64,000 bases of DNA from a bacterium (GTDB lineage Bacteria; SAR324; NAC60-12). The position numbers and the translations under genes are program-made. Each line of letters begins with the position of its first letter. Position 1 is the first letter of the stretch. The notes beneath the pieces were generated by a model that was not told where the DNA came from, did not search any database, and was given only the letters and a program-made list of their open reading frames with translations. The DNA lies in contig CBDDTI010000745.1 in the NCBI GenBank assembly GCA_965233585.1, positions 512,001 through 576,000 of the forward strand, written 5' to 3'. Below are positions 35,130-43,788 of the stretch, one piece after another.

Positions 35130-36535
35130 GAAGTGAACCATTGAATGATCCATATCAACAGAGCTAAAAAAGTGTAATATGCTGTGTAATCCCAAAAAGT
35201 CCATTTGTGACCAATGGTAATGGCATAAGACATTTCTCCTCCTAAACTTTGTAAAACCCCAGCCCACCTTTCCAAGACCCACTCTGCTAGTGCAAAGGCG
35301 TTCACTTCTAACCAACTGAATGGAAGTGAGTGCAAAAAAATCATGCTGATCACAAATGCAACCACACAGACTGGTAAGACAAAAAACGCAAGTAGAGGTG
35401 TCATTAAAGCATTCAACCATAAAGGAGCAAGAGAGACTGTCTCAAATATTTTCAGCAAAAGGGGAGAAATCATCAATAAGACTCCAACCGATGCAAAAAG
35501 GCTATTGATGCAGTAAATCAAAACACGTCTGCTCAACGAAAAATCTCGCGTGGAAAGATAAAGGTTTCTGAACATCAATAAGCCTGACGTTGCAACAAAT
35601 GAAAGTTGAAAGGAAAGGTCAGCAATCCATTGAGGATTCCACAACAAAAAACATGCGGCAACTGTGGCTAAAGCATGCAAAGGGTTGGCAGAAATTCCTA
35701 TGTATTTAGTGAGCAAGAAAACCCCGATACCTACTGTTGCGCGTAATGCAGGCGCAGGAAACCCTAACAAAAAGACATAAGTCAGTAGAATAAAAAATGA
35801 AAAACCATCTTGCAACCACCTTCTAAATCGTGAAACAAAGAAGTCTGGCAACCATTTGCTTAAACAGACAATAAGATAACGCACTCCAAAAAAGAATAAT
35901 CCTGCATGTAATCCGCTGACGACAAGCAAATGAGAAAGCCCTAAACTTCTAAATAAGTCATAGGTTTGACCATAACTTTTCATTCCTAACACAAGGGGCA
36001 AATAAAGTTGAATGCTACTTTCTGAAAGATAAAATGAGGCTCGGTTAGCAAGTTGCAGACGCAAAGACTCCCAAAAATATTTTAATGGTGTTTGTTCAGG
36101 AATCATCAGACCTGCCCTAATATTTGATAAGACAAGATGCAATTCTCTCTTCTTTAAAGATGTGTCTTCTAAAGTTCCTGAAACTAAAACTTTTTTGCCA
36201 CGATAAAGGCTTCTTTTCCTTGTATCTAAAAGCTGAACAAATATCTTGTCATGCTTGATATTTAAGTGCCTGATTTGGGTATTAGACAAAACCAATAGCC
36301 AGTCTTGTGACCTTTTTTTAACCTCATAAATTGTTCCTTCTATCCAAATTCTCTGATGTTGAGAATCTTTGAATTGAATTGAGATTTGCCTGACATTCCA
36401 GTATTGGCTGATCAGTTTGCCTACAATAAGAATGATGAATAGGAAAACGACAAAATATTTTTTGAAGTAGCCATTCCATAGAGTTAAAAGAAAAATTTCT
36501 AATAACCCAATCTCAAAAGTGTTGAAATCCAACAT
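35093..36535 (-). CDS. comEC: ComEC/Rec2 competence protein without the C-terminal metallo-beta-lactamase domain
   Basis: GLSHLLVVSGLH, PALRA, LSFQLSFVAT. Start uncertain (36535 or 36574). Confidence 0.85.
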   Translation of the reverse strand: MLDFNTFEIGLLEIFLLTLWNGYFKKYFVVFLFIILIVGKLISQYWNVRQISIQFKDSQHQRIWIEGTIYEVKKRSQDWLLVLSNTQIRHLNIKHDKIFVQLLDTRKRSLYRGKKVLVSGTLEDTSLKKRELHLVLSNIRAGLMIPEQTPLKYFWESLRLQLANRASFYLSESSIQLYLPLVLGMKSYGQTYDLFRSLGLSHLLVVSGLHAGLFFFGVRYLIVCLSKWLPDFFVSRFRRWLQDGFSFFILLTYVFLLGFPAPALRATVGIGVFLLTKYIGISANPLHALATVAACFLLWNPQWIADLSFQLSFVATSGLLMFRNLYLSTRDFSLSRRVLIYCINSLFASVGVLLMISPLLLKIFETVSLAPLWLNALMTPLLAFFVLPVCVVAFVISMIFLHSLPFSWLEVNAFALAEWVLERWAGVLQSLGGEMSYAITIGHKWTFWDYTAYYTFLALLIWIIQWFTSYKRTSPKLKEI

Positions 36536-36557
36536 AAAATTTTTTGAAAAAGAGACA

Positions 36558-36587
36558 TTGACATCTTTTAGCATTGAATTGTATCAT
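36558..36587 (+). promoter_or_regulatory. Sigma70-type promoter, copy 1
   Basis: TTGACA-N18-TATCAT; both boxes identical in the two copies while the spacer diverges. Confidence 0.7.
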
Positions 36588-36667
36588 TACTGACTTTGTT
36601 CGTTCGTTGAGTTTGACGCTAAGTCATGCCTTTTTTGATGTCCTTAAATTGAGATGAAAGGAAAATT

Positions 36668-36841
36668 ATGAGAAAACTTTTAACGTACCTCATGCTTTTC
36701 ACAATGTCAGTTGTGGTGAGTTCTTGTAGTGGAAACCAAGCCACGCCTCCTGATGGCTATTCAGCAGGTCAGGCTAAATCAGCAGAGGAAAAGCCCGCAA
36801 AGAAAAAAAAGAGGAAGAGAGAGAAGCGGGATAAATATTAA
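36668..36841 (+). CDS. 57-aa small lipoprotein with a Pal-derived signal peptide and basic tail
   Basis: MRKLLTYLMLFTMSVVVSSCSGNQATPPDGYSAGQAKSAEEKPAKKKKRKREKRDKY*; SD AAGGA; lipobox VSSC; below the ORF-track cutoff. Confidence 0.6.
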   Translation: MRKLLTYLMLFTMSVVVSSCSGNQATPPDGYSAGQAKSAEEKPAKKKKRKREKRDKY

Positions 36842-36980
36842 GACTGGACGAAGGAGAGCTTAGGGAAGAGGCAGAGAAAGCTGTTTTTTGAAATAGCTTT
36901 TCCATGTTAAGAAGAGAAACCTCTGGTAATTTATGTCTCAAAATTATTGAGTTTCAACAATATCTTTTGAAAAAGAGACA

Positions 36981-37010
36981 TTGACATCTGCTAGCGTTGG
37001 ACTGTATCAT
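36981..37010 (+). promoter_or_regulatory. Sigma70-type promoter, copy 2 (pal)
   Basis: TTGACA-N18-TATCAT. Confidence 0.7.
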
Positions 37011-37089
37011 TACTGGCTTTGTTCGTTCGTTAAGGTTGACACTGGGTCAGTCCTTTTTTTAAATCCTTAAATAAAACGCAAGGAGATTT

Positions 37090-37881
37090 ATGCTAAGAAA
37101 GTTTTTAACCTACCTTATGCTTTTCACAATGTTAGTTGTGGTAAGTTCCTGTAGTGGAAACCAAGCCACGCCTACTGAAACTGAGAATCCTCCAGTTCCA
37201 AAAGGTGAACCTGAACCTCAACCTGACCCCCCAAATCCAAGTCCATCGGGAGATGAAGGCAGTCAAAGCGATCAAAGTGGTCAAACTGAAGACAATCAAA
37301 ATGACCGAGACGTTCAAGAATCTGGGGAAGATGCAGAAGAAGCGGCAAGAAAAAAAGCTGAGGAAGAAGAAGCCAGAAGACTGGCAGAAGAAGCGGCAAG
37401 AAAGAAAGCTGAGGAAGAAGAAGCCAGAAGACTGGCAGAAGAAGCGGCAAGAAAGAAAGCTGAGGAAGAAGCCAAAAGCCTGGCAGAAGCCAACGCTAAG
37501 GAGACAGTGATTTTGCCTGCCCCTCCTGAAGAAGGTGATAACTTAGCGCCACTGAATTTGGATCAGGTTTACTTTGCCTACGATCAGTCAGAGCTGACAG
37601 ATACAGCCATGTCCTCGCTGGAAGAGAGTTATGAATGGATTCAGGAGAATCCTGATGTCAGGATTCTCATTGCGGGTCACGCGGATGAAAGAGGCAGTGA
37701 AGAATACAATTTAGGTCTTGGGGAAAGAAGGGCAAAAGCTGTGTTGCAATATTGGATTTTGCTAGGTGCTGATGAAGGACAGTTTGAAGTCATTTCTTTT
37801 GGAGAAGAGCGACCCCAAGTTGAAGGTAGCACGGAAGAAGCGTGGTCAAAAAATAGACGCGTTGAGTTTTCCAGATACTAA
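37090..37881 (+). CDS. pal: Peptidoglycan-associated lipoprotein (OmpA_C domain) with a long Pro-rich and charged linker
   Basis: Lipobox VSSC, VYFAYDQS, GHADERGSEEYNLGLGERRA, KNRRVEF; upstream of tolQ-tolR. Confidence 0.9.
   Translation: MLRKFLTYLMLFTMLVVVSSCSGNQATPTETENPPVPKGEPEPQPDPPNPSPSGDEGSQSDQSGQTEDNQNDRDVQESGEDAEEAARKKAEEEEARRLAEEAARKKAEEEEARRLAEEAARKKAEEEAKSLAEANAKETVILPAPPEEGDNLAPLNLDQVYFAYDQSELTDTAMSSLEESYEWIQENPDVRILIAGHADERGSEEYNLGLGERRAKAVLQYWILLGADEGQFEVISFGEERPQVEGSTEEAWSKNRRVEFSRY
37333..37489 (+). repeat. In-frame 51-bp tandem repeat, about 3 copies (AEEAARKKAEEEEARRL)
   Basis: Units start at 37333, 37384 and 37435; the third has a 3-bp deletion. Confidence 0.95.
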
Positions 37882-37888
37882 TCCTTTT

Positions 37889-37918
37889 GAAAAGTCCTTG
37901 CTTCTGTAAGGACTTTTC
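37889..37918 (+). terminator. Intrinsic terminator or stabilising hairpin after pal
   Basis: GAAAAGTCCTTGC-ttct-GTAAGGACTTTTC. Confidence 0.7.
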
Positions 37919-37946
37919 CCCTCCCTAAAAAACCTTCTTTGTTTCC

Positions 37947-38672
37947 ATGTTGACAGAGCTTGTGGACATTGAGTTGTTATCGTTCCTTTTGCAAGGGTCT
38001 TGGTATTCTCATCTTGTTCTGGCAACTTTGGTCTTCATGTCTTCATTTTCTTGGGCAGTGATTGTTACTAAATGGTTTCAATTATCTAAGGTTTCTGGAG
38101 AAAACAAAAAGTTTCAAATTGCATTTGAAAGTTCTACAAAATCTGACCAGCTTCAAGATTATGCCAACAGCCTTGTTAATGCCTCTTTTGCCAAGTTATT
38201 CCAGCACTCGTACCATGAATCTTTAAAATTCAGGGAACGTGTCAACAAAAAAAATCTTCCGAACGGAGACCTTTCTGCAATGTTTCAACGTCGCTTGGAG
38301 CGAGTGATGAATCAGACTATTTTGCAACAACATGGTCTGATGGAAAAGAGACTTGGGATTCTTGCTTCCGTTTCAAGTTCTGCTCCATTCATTGGCTTAT
38401 TTGGCACAGTGTTAGGCATTATTGATTCGTTTCAAAGTATAGGCAGGGAAGGATCCACCTCTCTTGCAACAGTTGCACCGGGTATGTCAGAGGCACTGAT
38501 TGCAACAGCAGCAGGGTTGCTTGCGGCGATTCCTTCTTTAATTGCTTACAATTACTTCCGCAATGCTATTCAAAAAATTCAACGACAGACCAATGCTTTT
38601 GCTGCAAATTTGATCAACCGTCTGGAATGGTCTGTCATTTATAGAACCTATTCTCAAGAATCCAATCATTGA
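37947..38672 (+). CDS. tolQ: MotA/TolQ/ExbB family protein
   Basis: APFIGLFGTVLGI, SLATVAPGMSEALIATAAGL..AIP. Confidence 0.88.
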   Translation: MLTELVDIELLSFLLQGSWYSHLVLATLVFMSSFSWAVIVTKWFQLSKVSGENKKFQIAFESSTKSDQLQDYANSLVNASFAKLFQHSYHESLKFRERVNKKNLPNGDLSAMFQRRLERVMNQTILQQHGLMEKRLGILASVSSSAPFIGLFGTVLGIIDSFQSIGREGSTSLATVAPGMSEALIATAAGLLAAIPSLIAYNYFRNAIQKIQRQTNAFAANLINRLEWSVIYRTYSQESNH

Positions 38673-38675
38673 GCT

Positions 38676-39104
38676 ATGTCCTTCTCTTCACTTTCTGACG
38701 ACTCTTTAAATTCTGAAATTAATGTCACTCCTTTTGTTGATGTTCTACTGGTGTTGCTTGTAATTTTTATGGTGACTGCTCCGATTTTGCATCATACTTT
38801 ACAAATAGAACTGCCAAAAGATCAATATTCTGATGGTGCAAGGTTGGAAAAACCTTTGCGATTGGTGGTAAATCAAAAGGGCGTGATTTATTTGAATCAG
38901 AAAAAACTAGGCACAACATTAGATGCAGAGGCATTGGACGTGTTTCTCAAAACTATTGAAGACTGGAAAAAAGCCAATGCTAAATCTACAGCTACGATTG
39001 ACTTGGAAGCAGATGCAAATGTCAAATATGGCGTGCTAGCTCCTATCATCGCACGTGTCAAGGAAAGTGGGTCGCAACTGAACTTAATTATCATGCCGAA
39101 ATGA
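38676..39104 (+). CDS. tolR: ExbD/TolR family protein
   Basis: SEINVTPFVDVLLVLLVIFMVTAP. Confidence 0.88.
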   Translation: MSFSSLSDDSLNSEINVTPFVDVLLVLLVIFMVTAPILHHTLQIELPKDQYSDGARLEKPLRLVVNQKGVIYLNQKKLGTTLDAEALDVFLKTIEDWKKANAKSTATIDLEADANVKYGVLAPIIARVKESGSQLNLIIMPK

Positions 39105-40141
39105 GTGACTCCCAACTCAATTTCAAAGACCTAACTTTTGATGAATTAGAAGCATGGTGCGTGGCACAAGGGCAGAACCGCTTTAGAGCAAGACAGCTGT
39201 TTCATTGGATCTACCAAAAACAAGTCAAAAGTTTTGATGAGATTGCTAATCTTTCTAAGGCATTCAAAGAAATTCTAAAAAATTCATTTTATTTAAGTCA
39301 ACTCAAGCGAGACCAAGTTCGTTTGTCTCAAGATGGTTCATTGAAGTACCTCTTGCAACTGTCTGATGGAAGGCAGATAGAGTCTGTGTTAATGCCCCAT
39401 AAAAGCCATTATACGGTGTGCGTGTCTTCCCAAGTAGGTTGTGCGATGGGTTGTACTTTTTGTATGACAGGCAAGATGGGATGGGTTCGGCATCTCACAT
39501 TGGCAGAGATTGTGGATCAAGTTTTGGAGGTGTCTAGCGATTTGCCCGAAGGTGGAAATTTACGAAACATTGTCTTTATGGGAATGGGTGAGCCTTTTCA
39601 TAATTATCACAATGTTGTCAAGGCATTGTGTGTCTTGCAAAATGAGCATGGTCTTAATTTTTCATCAAGGCGGATTACAGTGTCAACATCAGGACTTGTG
39701 CCAAAAATCAAACGATTTGTTCAGGAACAAGTGAAAGCAAATCTTGCGATTTCTCTCAATGGTGCAACTGATGAAGTGCGGCAGCAACTGATGCCAATCA
39801 ATCGTGTCTATCATCTCAAAAAACTCATTGACGCTTGCCGTGAATACCCACTTGAATCCCGCAAACGTATCACATTTGAATACATTCTTATCAAGGACGT
39901 CACCGATGCTCTTGATGATGCCAAAAATTTGACCAAACTATTGCACGGGCTGAAGTTCAAGATCAATTTAATTCCTTATAATCCAACCAAAAATGATCAC
40001 TATCAACGTCCTACATTAGAGAGGGTTCAAAAGTTTCAAAGACTTTTATTGGACAAGAATGTGGTGGCAACGGTCAGATATTCAAAGGGGCAAGACATTC
40101 AAGGGGCGTGTGGTCAGCTGATTACCGAATCATTGAGCTAG
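39101..40141 (+). CDS. rlmN: 23S rRNA m2A2503 radical-SAM methyltransferase
   Basis: CVSSQVGCAMGCTFC, FMGMGEP, DIQGACGQL. Confidence 0.96.
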   Translation: MSDSQLNFKDLTFDELEAWCVAQGQNRFRARQLFHWIYQKQVKSFDEIANLSKAFKEILKNSFYLSQLKRDQVRLSQDGSLKYLLQLSDGRQIESVLMPHKSHYTVCVSSQVGCAMGCTFCMTGKMGWVRHLTLAEIVDQVLEVSSDLPEGGNLRNIVFMGMGEPFHNYHNVVKALCVLQNEHGLNFSSRRITVSTSGLVPKIKRFVQEQVKANLAISLNGATDEVRQQLMPINRVYHLKKLIDACREYPLESRKRITFEYILIKDVTDALDDAKNLTKLLHGLKFKINLIPYNPTKNDHYQRPTLERVQKFQRLLLDKNVVATVRYSKGQDIQGACGQLITESLS

Positions 40142-40854
40142 TTCTTTTGCCAACCTTGAGGAGCAGAAGTTTGAAAGGCTTCTTCAATCATTTTTTTCAG
40201 CAAAGGTCGTTTAGGGTATCCGCTATTTAAGCAGTCTTTTAATTCCTGTTTTTGCTGGAAAGTTTTGGTCTCACGGATGATTTTGAGTTGGTCGTCTTTC
40301 TGATCGCGACCAAATTTTTGAATACGGAATTTATAATGAATGTGAAACACATCATTTGCCACACTCAATGCACAATGCACGTAATCTAACTTGGCAAAAT
40401 TTTCACTATCGGGTGGCATCATCTTGGTCTCAAAAAAACCTTGATGATATTTTTGTTGCTTGCTCAAAAAGTCAAAATTCTTTTCAAATGTCTGTAAAAA
40501 TGCACTGATGAGAAAGTGAGGAGCAACAGGCAAATCCAGCTTAGAAGTGCGACCATTTTCCAAACTGTACGTCAGGAATAATGTCCCTTTTTTGTCAGAA
40601 ATTGGGGTATTCTGTGCCAACTGAAATGACCATGATGCCGAATTTTTACAAACAAGAGTTTGTTCTCCTAGCACTTCCCATGAGTTTTCATCTTGCATGG
40701 TCTTGATAGGGCTATAAATCAATTTCAAAACCACGGTTTGCTTTTCATCTGAGCCTAGACGAATTTGACCTGTAATTGAATCACCTTGAATCCATGATTC
40801 TTGATCTGTCTCCACCTGAAGTTCTACACCCTTTTCAAATAAGATTCCTTTCAT
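40138..40854 (-). CDS. Hypothetical protein (N-terminus weakly Spo0M/arrestin-like)
   Basis: 238-codon ORF; WIQGDSITGQIRL beta-rich start. Confidence 0.65.
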   Translation of the reverse strand: MKGILFEKGVELQVETDQESWIQGDSITGQIRLGSDEKQTVVLKLIYSPIKTMQDENSWEVLGEQTLVCKNSASWSFQLAQNTPISDKKGTLFLTYSLENGRTSKLDLPVAPHFLISAFLQTFEKNFDFLSKQQKYHQGFFETKMMPPDSENFAKLDYVHCALSVANDVFHIHYKFRIQKFGRDQKDDQLKIIRETKTFQQKQELKDCLNSGYPKRPLLKKMIEEAFQTSAPQGWQKN

Positions 40855-41004
40855 TGTTTTTTAGAAATTAAAATAAAGTTTAAGCATCATCAAATTTTTA
40901 TATTTTTGGTAATAAATAAAGGTCTTTCTTCGTTCAGAGTGAAAACAAAAATCTAATTTTTTTAATTTGTTGTATTTTTCTTACAAAAGATTTAGAATCT
41001 TTAC

Positions 41005-41074
41005 TTTGATTCTCCTTTGTCTTTGGACAACCCTTTGGCGTGTTGAGCTGAGCTTGGCACGCCTTCTTTTTTTT
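41005..41074 (+). ncRNA. Candidate small RNA of about 70 nt
   Basis: TTGTAT-N17-TAGAAT promoter (40970..40998), TCTCCTT motif, and a +strand terminator at 41037..41074, all between two minus-strand genes. Confidence 0.5.
41037..41074 (+). terminator. Intrinsic terminator, + strand
   Basis: GGCGTGTTGAGC-tga-GCTTGGCACGCC (12 bp with three G-U pairs) followed by TTCTTTTTTTT. Confidence 0.75.
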
Positions 41075-42446
41075 ACAAAATTTCTATAAGACGTTGTGGT
41101 GCATTGTCAAACTGACCATTGCTCATAAACACAACAACATCTCCTGATTTCATTTGTTGTTTCAAGAATTGAAGCATGTCCTGTGTTTCACTAGCAACCA
41201 AGACTTCTTTTTGTTGTAATTTTAGATGCTGTGCCACTTTGCGAACGTCAAGGTTATTTTCTTTTTGTCGGTAAGGTAAGGCAAGGGCTACGACGTCAGA
41301 CTCCAGCAGTGCTTGTTGGAGTTCTTGTTGATGAATATTGGTGGCAGAAGTCGCACTTCGGGGTTCAAACGCAGCAGCAAGTTGAGCATGAGGAAACCTC
41401 GCTTTGAGTGCTTTTAAAGTTTCATAAACTGCTGTTGGGTGATGAGCAAAGTCGTCAAAGACATGAATCCCCCTATAAATTCCCAATAGCTGAAGCCTCC
41501 TTTTGGGTGGCAGAAAGGAATCAAAAGCCTGTTGAATTGTGTCAACTGAAATCTTGGCTTGTCGTGCCATCAAGAACGTTGCACAGGCATTTCTAGCATT
41601 ATGTTCTCCAAATAAAGGAGTTTTGAAGGATTCCTCCTGACCCTGATAAAGAACGTTAAAGGTTGTTCCTTGCTGATGAGTTTGTAGGTGGCTTAACCTT
41701 GCGTCATTGTTCTCTTCAAAGCCAAAGGTTGTAACAGGAGTCAAAGCCTCTTGTAAGACATCACGGACATGATGATCATCGCCATTTGCGATAATAGAAC
41801 CTGTTTGGGGAATCATTCTTAAAAGTAATTTAAAAGATGCTTTGATGGCATCAAGGGAGTGAAAAATATCGGCATGATCAAATTCCAGATTGTTTAAAAT
41901 GAGACGGCTTGGACGATAATGCAAAAATTTAGAACGTTTGTCAAAAAAAGCAGTGTCATATTCATCACCTTCTATAATAAAGTCATTGCCTTTTGCCTCC
42001 CTTGCACTGACTCCAAAGTTTTCCAAAGCACCCCCTACCATGAAGCCGGGCGAACGTTTTGCTACCTCAAAAATCCATGCAAGCAATGAAGCGGTAGTTG
42101 TCTTACCATGCGTACCAGTAATGCAATAAGAGGTCTTGCCAGCGATAAAATTTTGGTAAAAAAACTCCGATGCAGAGGTATAAGGAAGGTTGAAGTTGAG
42201 AACTGCCTCTACTTCTGGGTTACCTCTTGAAAGTGCATTGCCAATAATGACAAGGTCTGGCTTGGGGGTTAAATGACTTTGATGATACCCTTGAAAGAAC
42301 TGAATATCTTGCTGTAACAATAGGTCACTCATGGGCGGATATATTTTTTCATCTGAACCGCTGACACAGTACCCTTGATTCTTTAGCAAACAGGCTAAAG
42401 ATGCCATTTGTGTCCCGCAAATTCCAATGAGATAAATCTTTTTCAT
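41073..42446 (-). CDS. mpl: Murein peptide ligase
   Basis: GICGTQMASLA, YPPMS, GTHGKTTT, EGDEYDTAFFDKRSKF, DDFAHHPTA. Confidence 0.93.
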   Translation of the reverse strand: MKKIYLIGICGTQMASLACLLKNQGYCVSGSDEKIYPPMSDLLLQQDIQFFQGYHQSHLTPKPDLVIIGNALSRGNPEVEAVLNFNLPYTSASEFFYQNFIAGKTSYCITGTHGKTTTASLLAWIFEVAKRSPGFMVGGALENFGVSAREAKGNDFIIEGDEYDTAFFDKRSKFLHYRPSRLILNNLEFDHADIFHSLDAIKASFKLLLRMIPQTGSIIANGDDHHVRDVLQEALTPVTTFGFEENNDARLSHLQTHQQGTTFNVLYQGQEESFKTPLFGEHNARNACATFLMARQAKISVDTIQQAFDSFLPPKRRLQLLGIYRGIHVFDDFAHHPTAVYETLKALKARFPHAQLAAAFEPRSATSATNIHQQELQQALLESDVVALALPYRQKENNLDVRKVAQHLKLQQKEVLVASETQDMLQFLKQQMKSGDVVVFMSNGQFDNAPQRLIEIL

Positions 42447-43441
42447 ACAGCAAGACAAGAAGGTTCAAGAGGCTGTATGAAAGCAGGATCAAGCAATTTG
42501 GTGAGCATCTGACAAAAGGCTTCTGAAGACTCTGCTTTCATTAAAAGTTGACGATAGTCTTTGGCTTTGTGAAAGCCTTGAATGTAGCCGCTTAAATATT
42601 TGCGGAACTCAAAACGAGCCGCACGACCTGATGCGTATTCTTCCAACAACTGATAATGTTCCAGAGCAATCAAAATTCGTTCTTGAAAAGATGGGGATTT
42701 TTTTTGAAAGACCCAAGGCGCCCCGATTGCGTGCCTGCCTATCATAAATCCATCAAGATTACCAAGACGATTCAAACCATCTTGATAACTTTCTACATCA
42801 CCGTTGCCTAAAACAGGAATGTTTAAGTGTTTTTTTAGCTCATAAATAGGTTGCCAATCTGCCAGACCTTTGAAGGCTTGAGAGTAGGTTCTGCCATGAA
42901 TGGTTAAAAGAGAAACCCCTGCTGACTCAAGCCTTTTTCCAAAATCTATTAACCCTTTGCAAGACTCCCACCCAAGCCTTGTTTTCACAGAAACCTCAAG
43001 ACAACAGGCTTTGCGTATGGCTTCAATGATACGACATGCTGCATCGGGGTCTTTCATTAAAGCACTGCCATGTTGAGAGTGTACGATTTTTTTGGCAGGA
43101 CAGCCCATATTGACGTCAATCCCAGAAACCCCTTGGGACTCTACCAGCTTGGCTACTTCAGCAAACGACTCTGGTTTGTTGCCAAATAATTGCACAAAAT
43201 AAGGAAGCTCACAGGGGTCAAATGCAATTTTACGCACTGCTGCATCGCTCCGAAGAATGCCCTCTGCACTTGTAAACTCACTGAATAAAATCACGTGAGG
43301 GTTCAGCTTTTTGACTACTTGACGAAAAGCTCTATTGGTCACTCCGTCCATTGGTGCAAGAGCCACAATAGGACGTCTTAAATTTGCCCAACAAGTGTAT
43401 TGCATAGTTTTAGAAAATGATAATGATTCAACAAGAGGCAA
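42443..43441 (-). CDS. tRNA-dihydrouridine synthase
   Basis: LAPMDGVT, DVNMGCP, TIHGRT, GNGDV, MIGR. Confidence 0.93.
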   Translation of the reverse strand: MPLVESLSFSKTMQYTCWANLRRPIVALAPMDGVTNRAFRQVVKKLNPHVILFSEFTSAEGILRSDAAVRKIAFDPCELPYFVQLFGNKPESFAEVAKLVESQGVSGIDVNMGCPAKKIVHSQHGSALMKDPDAACRIIEAIRKACCLEVSVKTRLGWESCKGLIDFGKRLESAGVSLLTIHGRTYSQAFKGLADWQPIYELKKHLNIPVLGNGDVESYQDGLNRLGNLDGFMIGRHAIGAPWVFQKKSPSFQERILIALEHYQLLEEYASGRAARFEFRKYLSGYIQGFHKAKDYRQLLMKAESSEAFCQMLTKLLDPAFIQPLEPSCLAV

Positions 43442-43548
43442 AACAAACGATGAAAAAAGCCAACCTGCTAGGTTAACTTTTTGGAATCATAAAATCAAAT
43501 TTTCTCAAGGGTTTGTTAAAATTATTTAATTTTTTTTACATTTTTATA

Positions 43549-43577
43549 TTGATTTTCTACCTGTCGTTGAATATAAT
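43549..43577 (+). promoter_or_regulatory. Sigma70-type promoter for the beta-barrel gene
   Basis: TTGATT-N17-TATAAT. Confidence 0.7.
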
Positions 43578-43593
43578 ACTGAATTTGGGTTGG

Positions 43594-43718
43594 TTACCTT
43601 CATCTCTTTCAATAAATTCATGTCTTTGGAAATGATTTTTTAGGAAGAAGTGGTTAATTGCCTTCCTCTGTTTCAATAAACTCATGTCTTTAGACAGAGT
43701 TTTTAGAAAGAGATTGGT
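43594..43718 (+). repeat. Two tandem ~61-bp imperfect repeats (period 64), each folding into a long hairpin
   Basis: ttaccttcatctctttcaataaattcatgtctttggaaatgattttttaggaagaagtggt versus ttgccttcctctgtttcaataaactcatgtctttagacagagtttttagaaagagattggt. Confidence 0.85.
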
Positions 43719-43788
43719 GGACAGTTTGGGATTGATCAATCCTTTTGGTTTTTATTTTTTAACTCATTATATAAAAGGAGCTTTAATT

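Larger units (their letters stand above)
36440..37173. repeat. Diverged tandem duplication, period about 425 bp (approx. 36440..36748 and 36865..37173)
   Basis: Shared blocks: TTTTTTGAA.TAGC..TTCCAT, TCTCAAAA.T.TTGA, TTTTGAAAAAGAGACATTGACATCT, TGTATCATTACTG, TTTGTTCGTTCGTT, TGTAGTGGAAACCAAGCCACGCCT. Confidence 0.92.

Noticed and set aside
37154..37510. Alternative-frame ORFs over pal (37154..37510 +, 37172..37450 -) with repetitive peptides
   Set aside because: They are by-products of the 51-bp coding repeat in pal.
43594..43718. Possible mini-CRISPR array
   Set aside because: Only two ~61-bp units with essentially no spacer and no cas genes.
43557..43788. 60-aa minus-strand ORF 43557..43739 and the 35-aa N-terminal extension from 43684
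   Set aside because: Both arise from the leader repeat. The SD and signal peptide support ATG 43789.
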